A stretch of DNA of 64,000 nucleotides from Desulfobacterales bacterium (GTDB lineage: Bacteria > Desulfobacterota > Desulfobacteria > Desulfobacterales > JAFDDL01), in the NCBI GenBank assembly GCA_040235505.1, contig JBECKW010000136.1:8136-72135 (forward strand), written 5' to 3'. The position numbers and the translations under genes were made by a program. Below, piece after piece: positions 17,897 through 28,106 of this stretch. The notes beneath the pieces are model-generated. The model was not told the DNA's origin, did not search any database, and was given only the letters and a program-made list of their open reading frames with translations. Every line of letters starts with the position of its first letter. The first letter of the stretch is position 1.

Positions 17897-19981
17897 TCAG
17901 GCGACCTTCTTTTTTTCATGAAATTCTTTTTCGAGAATTTCGGAAACCTGCTTGGGTACCTGCTTATATGTCGCAAACTCCATGGTGAACTGGGCCTGTC
18001 CCTGGGTAAGAGACCGGATGACCGTGGAATAGCCGAACATCTCGGACAGAGGTACCTGGGCTTCGATAATGGTAAAGGGTCCTTCGTCCTGGGAACCGAT
18101 AATCATTCCACGCCGCTGATTCAAAGATCCCATGACCGCCCCCTGAAAGTCGGTGGGGGTTTCCACAACCACCTTCATAATCGGCTCATGGATAACCGGC
18201 TTTGCCTTTGCATATCCTTCCAGGAATGCTCCCCTTGCGGCCGCTTGAAACGCCATGTCGGATGAATCGACCGAGTGTGAAGCGCCGTCGTTGATCACCA
18301 CCCGCACGCCCGTGACCGGGTATTCCATTTTGGGCCCCTTGGCGAGGCACATGCGGAAACCCTTCTCACATGCGGGGATATATTGTGTCGGGATGGCCCC
18401 CCCGGTAACCTGATTGTCGAATATAAAATCATCTTCGGGTGCAGGCTCGATAAATCCGGCAATCCGTCCATACTGGCCGGCGCCGCCGGTCTGTTTTTTG
18501 TGGATGTAATCAAAGGCCGCATGCTGGGTGATGGTCTCCCGATAGGCGACCTGGGGCTGACCGGTGATCACTTCGGCACTATATTCCCGTTTCATTCGCT
18601 CCACGTAGACTTCAAGATGAAGTTCCCCCATTCCCTGGATGATGGTTTCATTGGTTTCATCATCCACATACGTCTTAAATGTCGGGTCCTCCTTGGTGAA
18701 TCGATTGAGGGCCTTTGACATATTGATCTGTGCCTTGTTGTCCTTGGGGCGAAGCGCAAGGGAAATAACCGGATCCGGGACGAACATGGAGGTCATTGTC
18801 AAACTGAGTCCCGGCGCCGAAAAGGTATCTCCCGAAGCACAATCGATGCCGAACATGGCACCGATGAAACCGGCCGGAATGACATCGATGTCTTCCATCT
18901 GATTGGCATGCATTCGGCAGAGTCGGCCGACCTTGTGTTTTTTTCCGGTCCGGGCATTGATGATGGTGTCACCTTTGGAAATGCTTCCCTGGTAAACCCG
19001 GATGTAGGTAAGCTGACCGTATGGGCCATCCTCCAGTTTGAAGGCCAGAGAGACCAGCGGCGAGTTCACATCGCCGGTGAGCGTCACCTCTTTTTCGTTC
19101 TCGTTCATGTCCAGCGCCTTGTTTTCCACATCCAGCGGGCAGGGCAGCAAGGTGTTGACTGCGTCCAGCAACGGCTGAACAGCTTTGTTTTTATAGGCGG
19201 ATCCCATCAGCACCGGCGTAATTTGGCGGGTGATGACCCCATTTCGAAGCGCGGACCAGAGAAGCGCCGGGGAGATTTCCTTTTCTTCAAGAACCGCCTC
19301 GGTCAGCTCGTCGGAAAACAGGCTGGCCTTGTCGATGAGCTGCTCACGACGTTCCGCGGCTTCCGACGCCATTGATTCCGGGATAGGTTCAACCCGAACT
19401 TTTTCACCGTTATCCCCGTCAAAATAATACGCTTCCATGGTGACAAGATCCACGACACCCTGAAAATCGGCTTCAAGGCCGATGGGCATCTGAAGCGCCA
19501 CAGCTTCATGACCGAGTTTTTCCCGAAGTTGGTCGATCACCCGTTCCGGATTGGCGCCGCTTCGATCGCATTTATTGATAAATGCAATACAAGGCACATT
19601 GTAACGTTTCATCTGTTGATCAACGGTGATGGACTGTGATTGGACGCCGCCTACGGAACAAAGAACGAGAATGGCGCCGTCAAGCACACGAAGCGACCGT
19701 TCCACCTCGATGGTGAAATCCACATGACCCGGTGTATCGATGATGTTGATCTCGCTTCCTTTCCACTGACAAAAAGTCGCTGCCGACGCAATGGTAATGC
19801 CGCGCTCTTTTTCGAGTTCCATGGAGTCCATGGTGGCACCGACACCGTCTTTTCCTTTGACGTCGTGAATGGCATGGATGCGCTGTGTGTAAAAGAGGAT
19901 ACGTTCCGTCAGGGTGGTTTTCCCTGAATCGATATGTGCGCTGATTCCGATGTTTCTTACTCTATTGATGTCGTATTTCAT
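17897..19981 (-). CDS. fusA: Elongation factor G paralogue (not in an rpsL-rpsG-fusA-tuf context)
   Basis: G1 [22 protein letters not shown], and EF-G domains II-V throughout (...[24 protein letters not shown]...). Start set at [16 protein letters not shown] (19981). Confidence 0.9.
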   Translation of the reverse strand: MKYDINRVRNIGISAHIDSGKTTLTERILFYTQRIHAIHDVKGKDGVGATMDSMELEKERGITIASAATFCQWKGSEINIIDTPGHVDFTIEVERSLRVLDGAILVLCSVGGVQSQSITVDQQMKRYNVPCIAFINKCDRSGANPERVIDQLREKLGHEAVALQMPIGLEADFQGVVDLVTMEAYYFDGDNGEKVRVEPIPESMASEAAERREQLIDKASLFSDELTEAVLEEKEISPALLWSALRNGVITRQITPVLMGSAYKNKAVQPLLDAVNTLLPCPLDVENKALDMNENEKEVTLTGDVNSPLVSLAFKLEDGPYGQLTYIRVYQGSISKGDTIINARTGKKHKVGRLCRMHANQMEDIDVIPAGFIGAMFGIDCASGDTFSAPGLSLTMTSMFVPDPVISLALRPKDNKAQINMSKALNRFTKEDPTFKTYVDDETNETIIQGMGELHLEVYVERMKREYSAEVITGQPQVAYRETITQHAAFDYIHKKQTGGAGQYGRIAGFIEPAPEDDFIFDNQVTGGAIPTQYIPACEKGFRMCLAKGPKMEYPVTGVRVVINDGASHSVDSSDMAFQAAARGAFLEGYAKAKPVIHEPIMKVVVETPTDFQGAVMGSLNQRRGMIIGSQDEGPFTIIEAQVPLSEMFGYSTVIRSLTQGQAQFTMEFATYKQVPKQVSEILEKEFHEKKKVA

Positions 19982-20418
19982 GACAAACCTCGATTTTTTC
20001 TGGCCAAACAAATGATTGGGGCAGGATTTTCTCGAAATTTTCCTGTGAACCCGACGCCCAACCTGTCAAATAAAAAACCCTTCATTTGGACGCTGTTCAC
20101 CAGATGAGGGGTATCTGATTGCACTGTATCAGAATGATGTGTGTTGTCTTTCCGCACAACCGTGATGCTTTTATAAACCGCCATAACTAAATCCAAAAAT
20201 ATATATGCTTGAAACGATGATATGTCAATAGGAAAATGTGGCTAAATAAAAAGCAGTTGGAAAATTTTAATTATTAGGATAGATATGAAACACAAATCGG
20301 GCACATTCTTGAATGTGTTGCTTTTAAAAGGAAATTCAACTCCTATCCTGCCGGTTAGCAAGCAATCTGTATTTTCCAGCTTATAAAAATACCGGCATGG
20401 GGAGAGTGGAGATACTAT

Positions 20419-22353
20419 ATGGAAGCTTTGGACTGGATTGAACGTAACGTCCATACAAAATTGGTAGACGCCGAAACTGCGGTGTCGAAGATCAAGAGGG
20501 GCAGCCGGGTATTTATCGGTACCGGATGTGGAGAGCCCCAGCACTTGATCAGAAGCATGATTGCCGACACGAGCCTTCAGGACATCATGCTTTATCAAAT
20601 GCTGTCTATTACCCTTTCTGAGTACGTGGATGACCCTGCTTTTCTTCGGCGGTTTCAGGTACGTCTTTTTTTTATCAGCCAGGCCATGCGAAAGGCAGCT
20701 TTTGAAGGTAAAATAGAATACATCCCCGCATATCTTTCCCAGATTCCGGAATTATTCCACAGCCATCGGATCGGATTGGATGTGGCGCTGGTGCAAGTCA
20801 GCCCGCCCGATCAATTCGGGTATTGCAGTTTGGGGGTTTCCGTCGACATTACCAAGGCTGCTTTTGAAAATGCGCGCATGGTAATTGCGCAGGTGAACCC
20901 GAAGATGCCGAAAACATGCGGCGACACCTTTGTTCACGTAGATGAAATCGATTATCTTGTATGGCATGAAGAGCCGATCGTCACCTCGGTCCCGAAAATG
21001 CAGGACGATTCCATTACCCGGAGAATCGGCCATTTTGTGTCGCAGCTCGTGGACGACGGCTCTACAATCCAGATAGGATTCGGTTCCCTTCCGTTTGCGA
21101 TACTGAAATATCTGGATCGGAAGAAAGATCTGGGGATACACACACAGCTTGTTACAGACGGGCTCATCCCTTTAATCGAAAAGAAGGTGATCACCAACCG
21201 AAAAAAAACATTACTGCCCGGACGTATCGTTGCATCCCTCTGCATGGGATCCGAGAAACTTTATGAGTATGTCAATGACAACCCGGCGTTTTATTTCCGA
21301 GCCTCGGACTTTGTAAACGATCCCACGGAAATCGCCCGGAACGACAATCTCATTTCCATCAGCTCGGCATTGGAGGTCGATCTGACGGGACAAATATGCA
21401 CGGACTCTGTGGGACATTTGTTTTACAGCGGCATTGGAGACCAGGTTGATTTTATCCGTGGGAGTGCCATGTCCAGGGGCGGGTTTTCCATTATCGCCAT
21501 GCCGTCCACCGCAAAAAACGGGAAAGTGTCGAGGATTGTACCCCATCTGAGCGAAGGCGCCGGTGTGGCGACGACGCGAGGAGATGTGAATTTCGTGATC
21601 ACGGAATACGGGATTGCCGAACTCCAAGGCAAGGGAATTTACCAGCGCGTTATGGAACTTGCGCAGATTGCCCACCCGAAATTCCGCGCAGCCCTTGTGG
21701 AGGTGGCCAAAAAGCGCCATTACATTTTCGCCGACCAGATACCGCCGTCACAGGAAGACCTTCTTTTTATCGAAGGATATAAAAGCACATACGAAATTAA
21801 AAACGGCAAAACAGTTGAATTTCGTCCGCTTCTGCCATCGGATGAATTCGCCTATCGAAATTTCTTCTATTCGCTTCAGGAAAAAACAATTTATTCGCGG
21901 TTCTTTTACAGGATGAAGCTTTTTTCCCATGAAATTGCGCAAAAACAATGGGCAAGCGTTGATTATCGTAAAAATATTTCACTGGTGGGGCTTCTCCAAA
22001 GAAGGGGACACAAGGAAATAGTCGCCATCGGTTCCTATGCGTCAGCGGATAAGGATATGGCCGAGGTCGCGTTTGTTGTCAGGGAAGATATGCAGGGAAT
22101 GGGGATTGCCACTTACCTGCTGGGGATTCTGGAGTCCATTGCCCGGGAAAATGATTATAAAGGGTTTGAAGCGACGGTCCTTCGGGAAAACAAATCGATG
22201 ATTCATGTGTTCAAAAAGAAGTACCCGGATGTAAAGATTTCCAACAGCGGCGGCGGCGAAGTCATGCTCAGGATGAATTTCGAATTCTGCGGAAGCGACG
22301 TCGAAATGAGCGCCAGCAGGGACAAGTCCTGTGTGCTGATTGGACCTGAATGA
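20419..22353 (+). CDS. Acetyl-CoA hydrolase/transferase family domain fused to a C-terminal GNAT acetyltransferase domain
   Basis: The N-terminal ~430 aa resemble the 4-hydroxybutyrate/acetyl-CoA transferase family (GTGCGEPQ..., SALEVDLTGQ, GIGDQVDF). The C-terminal ~170 aa have the GNAT motif VREDMQGMGIATYLL. Confidence 0.8.
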   Translation: MEALDWIERNVHTKLVDAETAVSKIKRGSRVFIGTGCGEPQHLIRSMIADTSLQDIMLYQMLSITLSEYVDDPAFLRRFQVRLFFISQAMRKAAFEGKIEYIPAYLSQIPELFHSHRIGLDVALVQVSPPDQFGYCSLGVSVDITKAAFENARMVIAQVNPKMPKTCGDTFVHVDEIDYLVWHEEPIVTSVPKMQDDSITRRIGHFVSQLVDDGSTIQIGFGSLPFAILKYLDRKKDLGIHTQLVTDGLIPLIEKKVITNRKKTLLPGRIVASLCMGSEKLYEYVNDNPAFYFRASDFVNDPTEIARNDNLISISSALEVDLTGQICTDSVGHLFYSGIGDQVDFIRGSAMSRGGFSIIAMPSTAKNGKVSRIVPHLSEGAGVATTRGDVNFVITEYGIAELQGKGIYQRVMELAQIAHPKFRAALVEVAKKRHYIFADQIPPSQEDLLFIEGYKSTYEIKNGKTVEFRPLLPSDEFAYRNFFYSLQEKTIYSRFFYRMKLFSHEIAQKQWASVDYRKNISLVGLLQRRGHKEIVAIGSYASADKDMAEVAFVVREDMQGMGIATYLLGILESIARENDYKGFEATVLRENKSMIHVFKKKYPDVKISNSGGGEVMLRMNFEFCGSDVEMSASRDKSCVLIGPE

Positions 22354-23099
22354 CAGATCCTCAATTGTCTCCGGATGAAGTCGCTTCAGATACCTTGAAA
22401 CCAGACACCTTGAAATCAAATACCTGGGAATCAGATACCTGGGAATCAGATACCTGGGAACAGATAATCATCTCCGGCGCCGCGAAAATGGGCATTCCCA
22501 TCACCGGGCTTCAGTTGAAGCAGCTATGCCGATTTGCGGAAACGCTTCGTGAATGGAACCGGAAAATAAACCTCACGGCCATTGTTGATCCTGAAGAGAT
22601 TGCAGTGAAGCATTTTCTAGATTCAATGGCTGCCCTGCCGTATATTCCGGAAAAGGGCCGTATGCTTGATATCGGATCCGGTGGTGGATTCCCCGGATTG
22701 GTATTGGCGGTTTTTCGTCCATTTTTGAAAACTACTTCCCTTGACAGTGTTCGAAAAAAAATCACCTTTCAACAGCATCTTATCCGGACCGTCGGACTCA
22801 AAGAGGCCAGTGCAGTCCATCGCCGGGCCGAACAGTTGAAATCCGAGTCGATGCAGCGCTACGATATAATCGTCAGCAGAGCTCTGGGCTCCCTTGGCAT
22901 GTTTGTGAATCTGGCGCTTCCGCTTCTTGCAGAACACGGGGTGATCATTGCGTATAAAGGCGTGATGGGCGACAAAGAGATGGATGAGATTGAAACATTG
23001 AAATCTGAGGACCCCGGCCTTTTGTTCGATCAGTGTGCATATTCGTTGCCGAAATCCGGTGATCGCCGCGCACTTGTGTTTATTCGCCGCTCCTCCTGA
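22350..23099 (+). CDS. rsmG: 16S rRNA (guanine527-N7)-methyltransferase RsmG with a repeat-containing N-terminal extension
   Basis: WNRKINLTAI, DIGSGGGFPGLVLA and IVSRALG motifs. The ATG overlaps the upstream stop (ATGA), which supports translation of the N-terminal repeat region. Confidence 0.85.
   Translation: MTDPQLSPDEVASDTLKPDTLKSNTWESDTWESDTWEQIIISGAAKMGIPITGLQLKQLCRFAETLREWNRKINLTAIVDPEEIAVKHFLDSMAALPYIPEKGRMLDIGSGGGFPGLVLAVFRPFLKTTSLDSVRKKITFQQHLIRTVGLKEASAVHRRAEQLKSESMQRYDIIVSRALGSLGMFVNLALPLLAEHGVIIAYKGVMGDKEMDEIETLKSEDPGLLFDQCAYSLPKSGDRRALVFIRRSS
22389..22463. repeat. Five tandem 15-bp repeats inside the rsmG 5' end, encoding DTLKP/DTLKS/NTWES/DTWES/DTWEQ
   Basis: Direct reading: gataccttgaaacca gacaccttgaaatca aatacctgggaatca gatacctgggaatca gatacctgggaacag. 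Confidence 0.9.
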
Positions 23100-23113
23100 A
23101 AAATCCCCTGAAT

Positions 23114-23593
23114 TTACAGGCTATAATGCCGTACCCATAAACCTCCGTCCCGGATGGTGAGTTTTGCAAGTGAAACCGGTTTTTGATGCCGCGGCGGTCC
23201 GGCGCTTCCGGGATTTAGAAACATGACGCCATTCTCTTTTCTCATATCCGGAAGATGCGTGTGTCCGCTGATGACCATGTCGATACCTGCAGCGGATGGA
23301 TCGATGGAAAGATGCGAGAGGTTATGAATGAGGTGAAATTTAAAACTCCTGAATTCAAACGTTTCCGCCTCGTTAAGAAAAGCCGCCACCATGCCGCTGT
23401 CCATATTGCCGCTGACGGCTGTGACCGGAGCAATGGATTCAAGGGCTTTCAGGATCTCGACGCTGCCGACGTCACCGGCATGGACAATCATATCCACAGC
23501 AGCGAAAAGTTCCTTGATTTCAGGTCGGAGCAACCCATGTGTGTCAGATATCACGCCAATGGTGCCGGCGTTCCCGGGTACTGCTGAATGCAT
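23114..23593 (-). CDS. YfcE/MJ0936-family metallophosphoesterase
   Basis: VISDTHG, HAGDV and SGHTH motifs of the calcineurin-like phosphoesterase fold. 159 aa. Confidence 0.8.
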   Translation of the reverse strand: MHSAVPGNAGTIGVISDTHGLLRPEIKELFAAVDMIVHAGDVGSVEILKALESIAPVTAVSGNMDSGMVAAFLNEAETFEFRSFKFHLIHNLSHLSIDPSAAGIDMVISGHTHLPDMRKENGVMFLNPGSAGPPRHQKPVSLAKLTIRDGGLWVRHYSL

Positions 23594-23696
23594 CGGTATT
23601 CCTTATTAAGCCGGAGAAAATCCCGGTTCCACTGAAAACAAACTAACCGCCTCAGCAATATATTCTTTCCATGGAAATAATTCAACCATTGGGTCG

Positions 23697-25421
23697 TCAG
23701 TTCCGTCGCTGCAATTTCTGCTTTTTTTCCGTGAGAATCCGTTTTTGAAGCTCCTTTCTTTTAACATTTTTCTCGATAAAAACCGGTTGGTTTGTGAACG
23801 GATCCAACCCGGTATAGTACATCAAACTCGAAAAAGTGGAAGGGGAGGGTGTGAAAATCTGGACCTGCTCCGGTGTCATCTTCAATTTCGTGTCCGCGAA
23901 ATTTCTGAGTGTTTTCATGTGATGAATATCGCATCCCGGATGCGCTGCGATAAAATAATATGTGAGATGTTGGCGTCTTCCGGCATCTTGGGACAGGCGA
24001 TCAAATTGACGCTTAAAATTCATCAGATGTTTAACGTTTTGTTTGCCCATTAATTTCAATATGTATTCATCTATATGCTCAGGCGCGACCTTAAGTTGGC
24101 CGGAGACGTGATGAGAAACAAGATTTTTTAAATAGTCAGCACCGTGGCGCCTGTCGGCATTCAGGAGGTCATACCGAAGACCCGAACGGACGAACACATG
24201 ACGAATGTTTTCCAGTGAGCGGATATGGATTAGCAGCCGGCTTTGAAGCTCGTGCGTCACGGGAAGGTTTGGACAAACGTCCGGAAACAGGCAGCGGCGA
24301 TGCCGGCAGATTCCCTTTTGCAATTTTTTGTCACACTCAAACCCATACATATTGGCCGTGGCGCCTCCCACATCCTGGATGATCCCTTTGAAACCCGGCG
24401 ATCGGGTAAAACGTTTTACCTCTGCGATGAGAGAAGCCTCGCTTCGCCATTGGACGGTTCGCCCCTGATGAACTCCGATCGCGCAGAAATTACATTCTCC
24501 GTAGCAGCCGCGATGCGTGATCAGTGAAAAGCGAATTGTCTCCAGCGCCCGGACTTCCCCAAGTTTTCGGTCAAACGGATGAATCTCATGGGTAAAGGGA
24601 AGCGCATGAAAATCGTCCAATTCCTGGCGGGTCGGAAGGGGAGGCGGAGGATTTTGAACCAGATAGCGAGTATCCTGAAGCTGATACAGGCCACGTGCGG
24701 TTATCGGGTCTGTCTCATCATAAAACCGCCGAAACATATCGATAAATGCAGGTTTGCTCCGCTGCACCATTTCATGGGAGGGGAGTTCCAGATATCCGCT
24801 GACAGGTTGTGAAGAAATATAACACAGCCCTTTTAAATTACGGGGATCACCACCGGTTTCAAGCATTCTGCCCAGTTCGACCACCGTTTTTTCAGCCATC
24901 CCGTAAAGAAGATAGTCGGCTTTGGCATCAAAAAGTATGGAACGACGCACCCGGTCTGACCAGAAATCATAGTGTGATATGCGTCGAAGGCTTGCTTCAA
25001 TCCCCCCAAGCACAATCGGACAAGTGTCCTTGAAATGCTGTCGGATAAGATGGCTGTAAACGATGGCCGCCCTGTCCGGTCTGCGGGTGTTTTGCCCGCC
25101 AGGCGTGAAATCATCCGACTTTCTCTTTTTTCGGGTCGCCGTGTAGTTGGCGACCATGGAATCAATGCTGCCGCCGGTAACTCCCCAGAAAAGGTGCGGC
25201 GTTCCAAGTCTTTGAATGTCTTTTCCGGAATGGATATCCGGCTGCGAAATCACACCGACCCGAAATCCCGCATTTAGCAGCGATCTGGCGATCATTGCGA
25301 CACCGATATAGGGGCTGTCGATAAAGGCATCGCCGGTCACCAGTATCACATCGAGAGAATGCCAGCCGAGTTTTTGCATATCACTTCGAGTTGCAGGGAT
25401 TACCATGACCATTCCTTTCAT
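23697..25421 (-). CDS. ygiQ: YgiQ-family radical SAM protein (UPF0313)
   Basis: DMQKLGWHSLDVILVTGDAFIDSPYIGVAMIA matches the YgiQ N-terminus. Radical SAM motif CYGECNFC. The start is uncertain (Met codons at 25421, 25412 and 25406; the ORF track gives 25508). Confidence 0.82.
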   Translation of the reverse strand: MKGMVMVIPATRSDMQKLGWHSLDVILVTGDAFIDSPYIGVAMIARSLLNAGFRVGVISQPDIHSGKDIQRLGTPHLFWGVTGGSIDSMVANYTATRKKRKSDDFTPGGQNTRRPDRAAIVYSHLIRQHFKDTCPIVLGGIEASLRRISHYDFWSDRVRRSILFDAKADYLLYGMAEKTVVELGRMLETGGDPRNLKGLCYISSQPVSGYLELPSHEMVQRSKPAFIDMFRRFYDETDPITARGLYQLQDTRYLVQNPPPPLPTRQELDDFHALPFTHEIHPFDRKLGEVRALETIRFSLITHRGCYGECNFCAIGVHQGRTVQWRSEASLIAEVKRFTRSPGFKGIIQDVGGATANMYGFECDKKLQKGICRHRRCLFPDVCPNLPVTHELQSRLLIHIRSLENIRHVFVRSGLRYDLLNADRRHGADYLKNLVSHHVSGQLKVAPEHIDEYILKLMGKQNVKHLMNFKRQFDRLSQDAGRRQHLTYYFIAAHPGCDIHHMKTLRNFADTKLKMTPEQVQIFTPSPSTFSSLMYYTGLDPFTNQPVFIEKNVKRKELQKRILTEKKQKLQRRN

Positions 25422-25538
25422 CTGCAGCGGTAAAATAACAGCAGCGATGAAATGTTCAAGAAAAATAACTAAAATTTTAAGCCTGATAGCCCTTTTGAGC
25501 TTGACCATGCCGGCAATAGTCTGTCAATAATAATTCTA

Positions 25539-28052
25539 ATGGCAACTTCCTCAAAACTCCCGGCGGATGGCCTTATGACCCCCAAAAGATCCAGAAGTTC
25601 TCGTTCCGAAATTCTGCCACCGATGGATGCCAAATCCGTAGCCAAAAGTATACGCAGGCATATCCAGTTTTCCCTTGGAAACGATCCGATGTTCCCGACC
25701 AAATTTTCCTGCTTCATGGGCCTTGCCTTGACTGTCAGAGACCGAATGCTTGCGGATTGGATTGGAACCCAGCGATCACTCTATAACACGCTGAGCAAGC
25801 GGGTATATTACCTGAGCATGGAATTTTTGCCCGGTCGTTTTTTGAAAAACTATATCCTGAATCTTCAATTAGAACCCCAGGTGAGGGAAGCATTGGAGAC
25901 ATTGGGATTCGAACTCGACGACATCGAAGAAGAGGAATGGGATGCCGGTCTCGGCAATGGCGGGCTTGGGAGACTAGCCTCCTGCTACATGGATTCCATG
26001 GCGACGCTTAAAATCCCAGGGTACGGATACGGCATTCGATATGATTACGGGATTTTCCATCAGGTAATCGAGGACGGGTATCAGGTGGAGAACTGCGACA
26101 ATTGGCTTCGGCGCGGAAGCCCCTGGGAAATTCAGCGGGTGGAAATCATGATGCCGGTGGGCTACTATGGAAAAAGTGAGACCTACACCGATATGGATGG
26201 ATATGTTCGATACCGATGGATTCCCGGTGAAACGGTCATGGCCAAGGCGTGCGATATTCTTGTGCCGGGATACGGCGGCGGATATGTAACGAACATGCGC
26301 CTCTGGGCTGCCCACTCAAGCCGTGAGATGAACCTCTCCGAATTCAACCTGGGGGATTATATCGGGGCGGTTGAAAACAAGGTCTACAGCGAAACAATAT
26401 CCAAAGTACTTTACCCGAGCGACGAAGCTGAATCCGGAAAGGAACTTCGTCTCAAGCAGCAATATTTTTTCGTGTCCGCCACCATACAGGATATTTTCAG
26501 ACGATATAAAAAACAGCGGAAATCATTTTCGGATTTTCCGAATTTCGTTGCCATCCAACTCAACGACACTCATCCGGCCATTGCGGTACCGGAGCTCATG
26601 AGACTTCTTCTGGATGAAGAACGTCTTGAATGGGATGTCGCCTGGAAAATATGTGAAAAAACGTTTGCTTATACAAACCATACGGTACTTCCCGAGGCAC
26701 TGGAAACCTGGCCGGTCGAGTTGATCGCCCGTGTTTTGCCGCGGCATTTGGATATCATATACGAAATAAACCAGCGTTTCCTGGAATCGGTGCGGGCTGA
26801 ATTCCCCGCTGAGACCGATCTGCCGGCCAGAATATCGATGATCCTCGAAGGACGTATTCGAAAAGTGCGCATGGCGCATCTGGCGATCGTGGGCAGCCAC
26901 TGCGTCAACGGTGTGGCGGCGCTCCACACACAGATTCTAAAAAAAGGATATTTCAGCCACTTTAACCGGATCTTTCCGGATCGCATTCAGAACGTCACCA
27001 ACGGCATCACCCCTCGCCGGTGGCTTCACCAGGCCAATCCGGCCCTGGGCGAGCTTGTCACTGAAAACATAGGGCCCGGATGGATCACGCGGCTTGATGA
27101 ACTCAAACGGCTGGAGTCCTTCGCCGATGACCCCGAATTCAGAAAAAAGTGGATGGCGGTAAAGAAATCGAATAAAAAACGTCTTGCCCGGTACATTCTC
27201 CGGAAAACCGGGTTGGGTGTTATTCCGGATACGCTGTTCGATGTTCATGTAAAGCGGATGCATGAATATAAACGTCAGCTTCTCAATCTGCTTCATGTGG
27301 TCACGCTGTACGAACGCATCAAAGCGTCGCCTGAAAGCGATTTCGTTCCAAGAACCGTTATCTTTGCGGGTAAAGCGGCGCCGTCGTATCAGCAGGCTAA
27401 GCTGATCATCAAGCTGATCAATTCGGTTGCCGATGTCGTCAATACCGATCCCGATGTGGACGGGCGTCTCAAGGTTATTTTTCTGCCAAACTACTGCATC
27501 TCACAGGCGGAAAAGGTGATTCCGGCCGCCGACTTGTCCCAGCAGATTTCAACGGCCGGCATGGAAGCCTCGGGGACCGGCAATATGAAATTCGCCTTGA
27601 ACGGTGCCCTCACCATCGGCACGTTGGACGGCGCCAATATCGAAATCATGGAAGCGGTGGGAAAAGATAATATTTTCACTTTCGGTCTGACTTCCGGTGA
27701 GGTGTTGTCACTCCGGGAAACAGGCTACAACCCACGGGATTTTTACCAAAAGGACCCTGAACTTAAAAAAGTGCTGGAAATGATCGGAACAGGTGTATTT
27801 TCAAAAATTTCCCCGCAATTGTTCCAGCCGATTCTGTCCATATTGTTGGACAGGGGAGACCCGTTCATGGTCCTGGCGGACTATCGTGCCTATCTGACAG
27901 CCCAGGCAAAGGTTGAAATGCTGTACAAAGATCAGGAAAAATGGACGAAGAAGGCGATTCTCAATACTGCAAATATGGGGTATTTTTCAAGCGATCGGGC
28001 GATTCTCGAATATTCTGAAAAGATCTGGCATGTCAAGCCGGTCGATACATGA
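25539..28052 (+). CDS. glgP: Glycogen/alpha-glucan phosphorylase
   Basis: 837 aa. GLGNGGLGRLA, TNHTVLPEALE and the PLP-lysine region EASGTGNMKFALNGALTIGTLDGANIE. Confidence 0.93.
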   Translation: MATSSKLPADGLMTPKRSRSSRSEILPPMDAKSVAKSIRRHIQFSLGNDPMFPTKFSCFMGLALTVRDRMLADWIGTQRSLYNTLSKRVYYLSMEFLPGRFLKNYILNLQLEPQVREALETLGFELDDIEEEEWDAGLGNGGLGRLASCYMDSMATLKIPGYGYGIRYDYGIFHQVIEDGYQVENCDNWLRRGSPWEIQRVEIMMPVGYYGKSETYTDMDGYVRYRWIPGETVMAKACDILVPGYGGGYVTNMRLWAAHSSREMNLSEFNLGDYIGAVENKVYSETISKVLYPSDEAESGKELRLKQQYFFVSATIQDIFRRYKKQRKSFSDFPNFVAIQLNDTHPAIAVPELMRLLLDEERLEWDVAWKICEKTFAYTNHTVLPEALETWPVELIARVLPRHLDIIYEINQRFLESVRAEFPAETDLPARISMILEGRIRKVRMAHLAIVGSHCVNGVAALHTQILKKGYFSHFNRIFPDRIQNVTNGITPRRWLHQANPALGELVTENIGPGWITRLDELKRLESFADDPEFRKKWMAVKKSNKKRLARYILRKTGLGVIPDTLFDVHVKRMHEYKRQLLNLLHVVTLYERIKASPESDFVPRTVIFAGKAAPSYQQAKLIIKLINSVADVVNTDPDVDGRLKVIFLPNYCISQAEKVIPAADLSQQISTAGMEASGTGNMKFALNGALTIGTLDGANIEIMEAVGKDNIFTFGLTSGEVLSLRETGYNPRDFYQKDPELKKVLEMIGTGVFSKISPQLFQPILSILLDRGDPFMVLADYRAYLTAQAKVEMLYKDQEKWTKKAILNTANMGYFSSDRAILEYSEKIWHVKPVDT

Positions 28053-28106
28053 ATTCCTTTTCCCGGTCGTTCGTTTGCATCCATCCGAATCGGTACGTGA
28101 GGGCTT

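Noticed and set aside
20012-20418. 407-nt A/T-rich intergenic region, including a 118-aa ORF (20242-20598, minus strand), as a possible ncRNA or small gene
   Set aside because: The ORF has no RBS, has odd composition, and overlaps the start of the acetyl-CoA transferase gene. I found no conserved RNA motif or significant repeat. The region is most simply a divergent promoter region for the EF-G paralogue and the CoA-transferase/GNAT gene.
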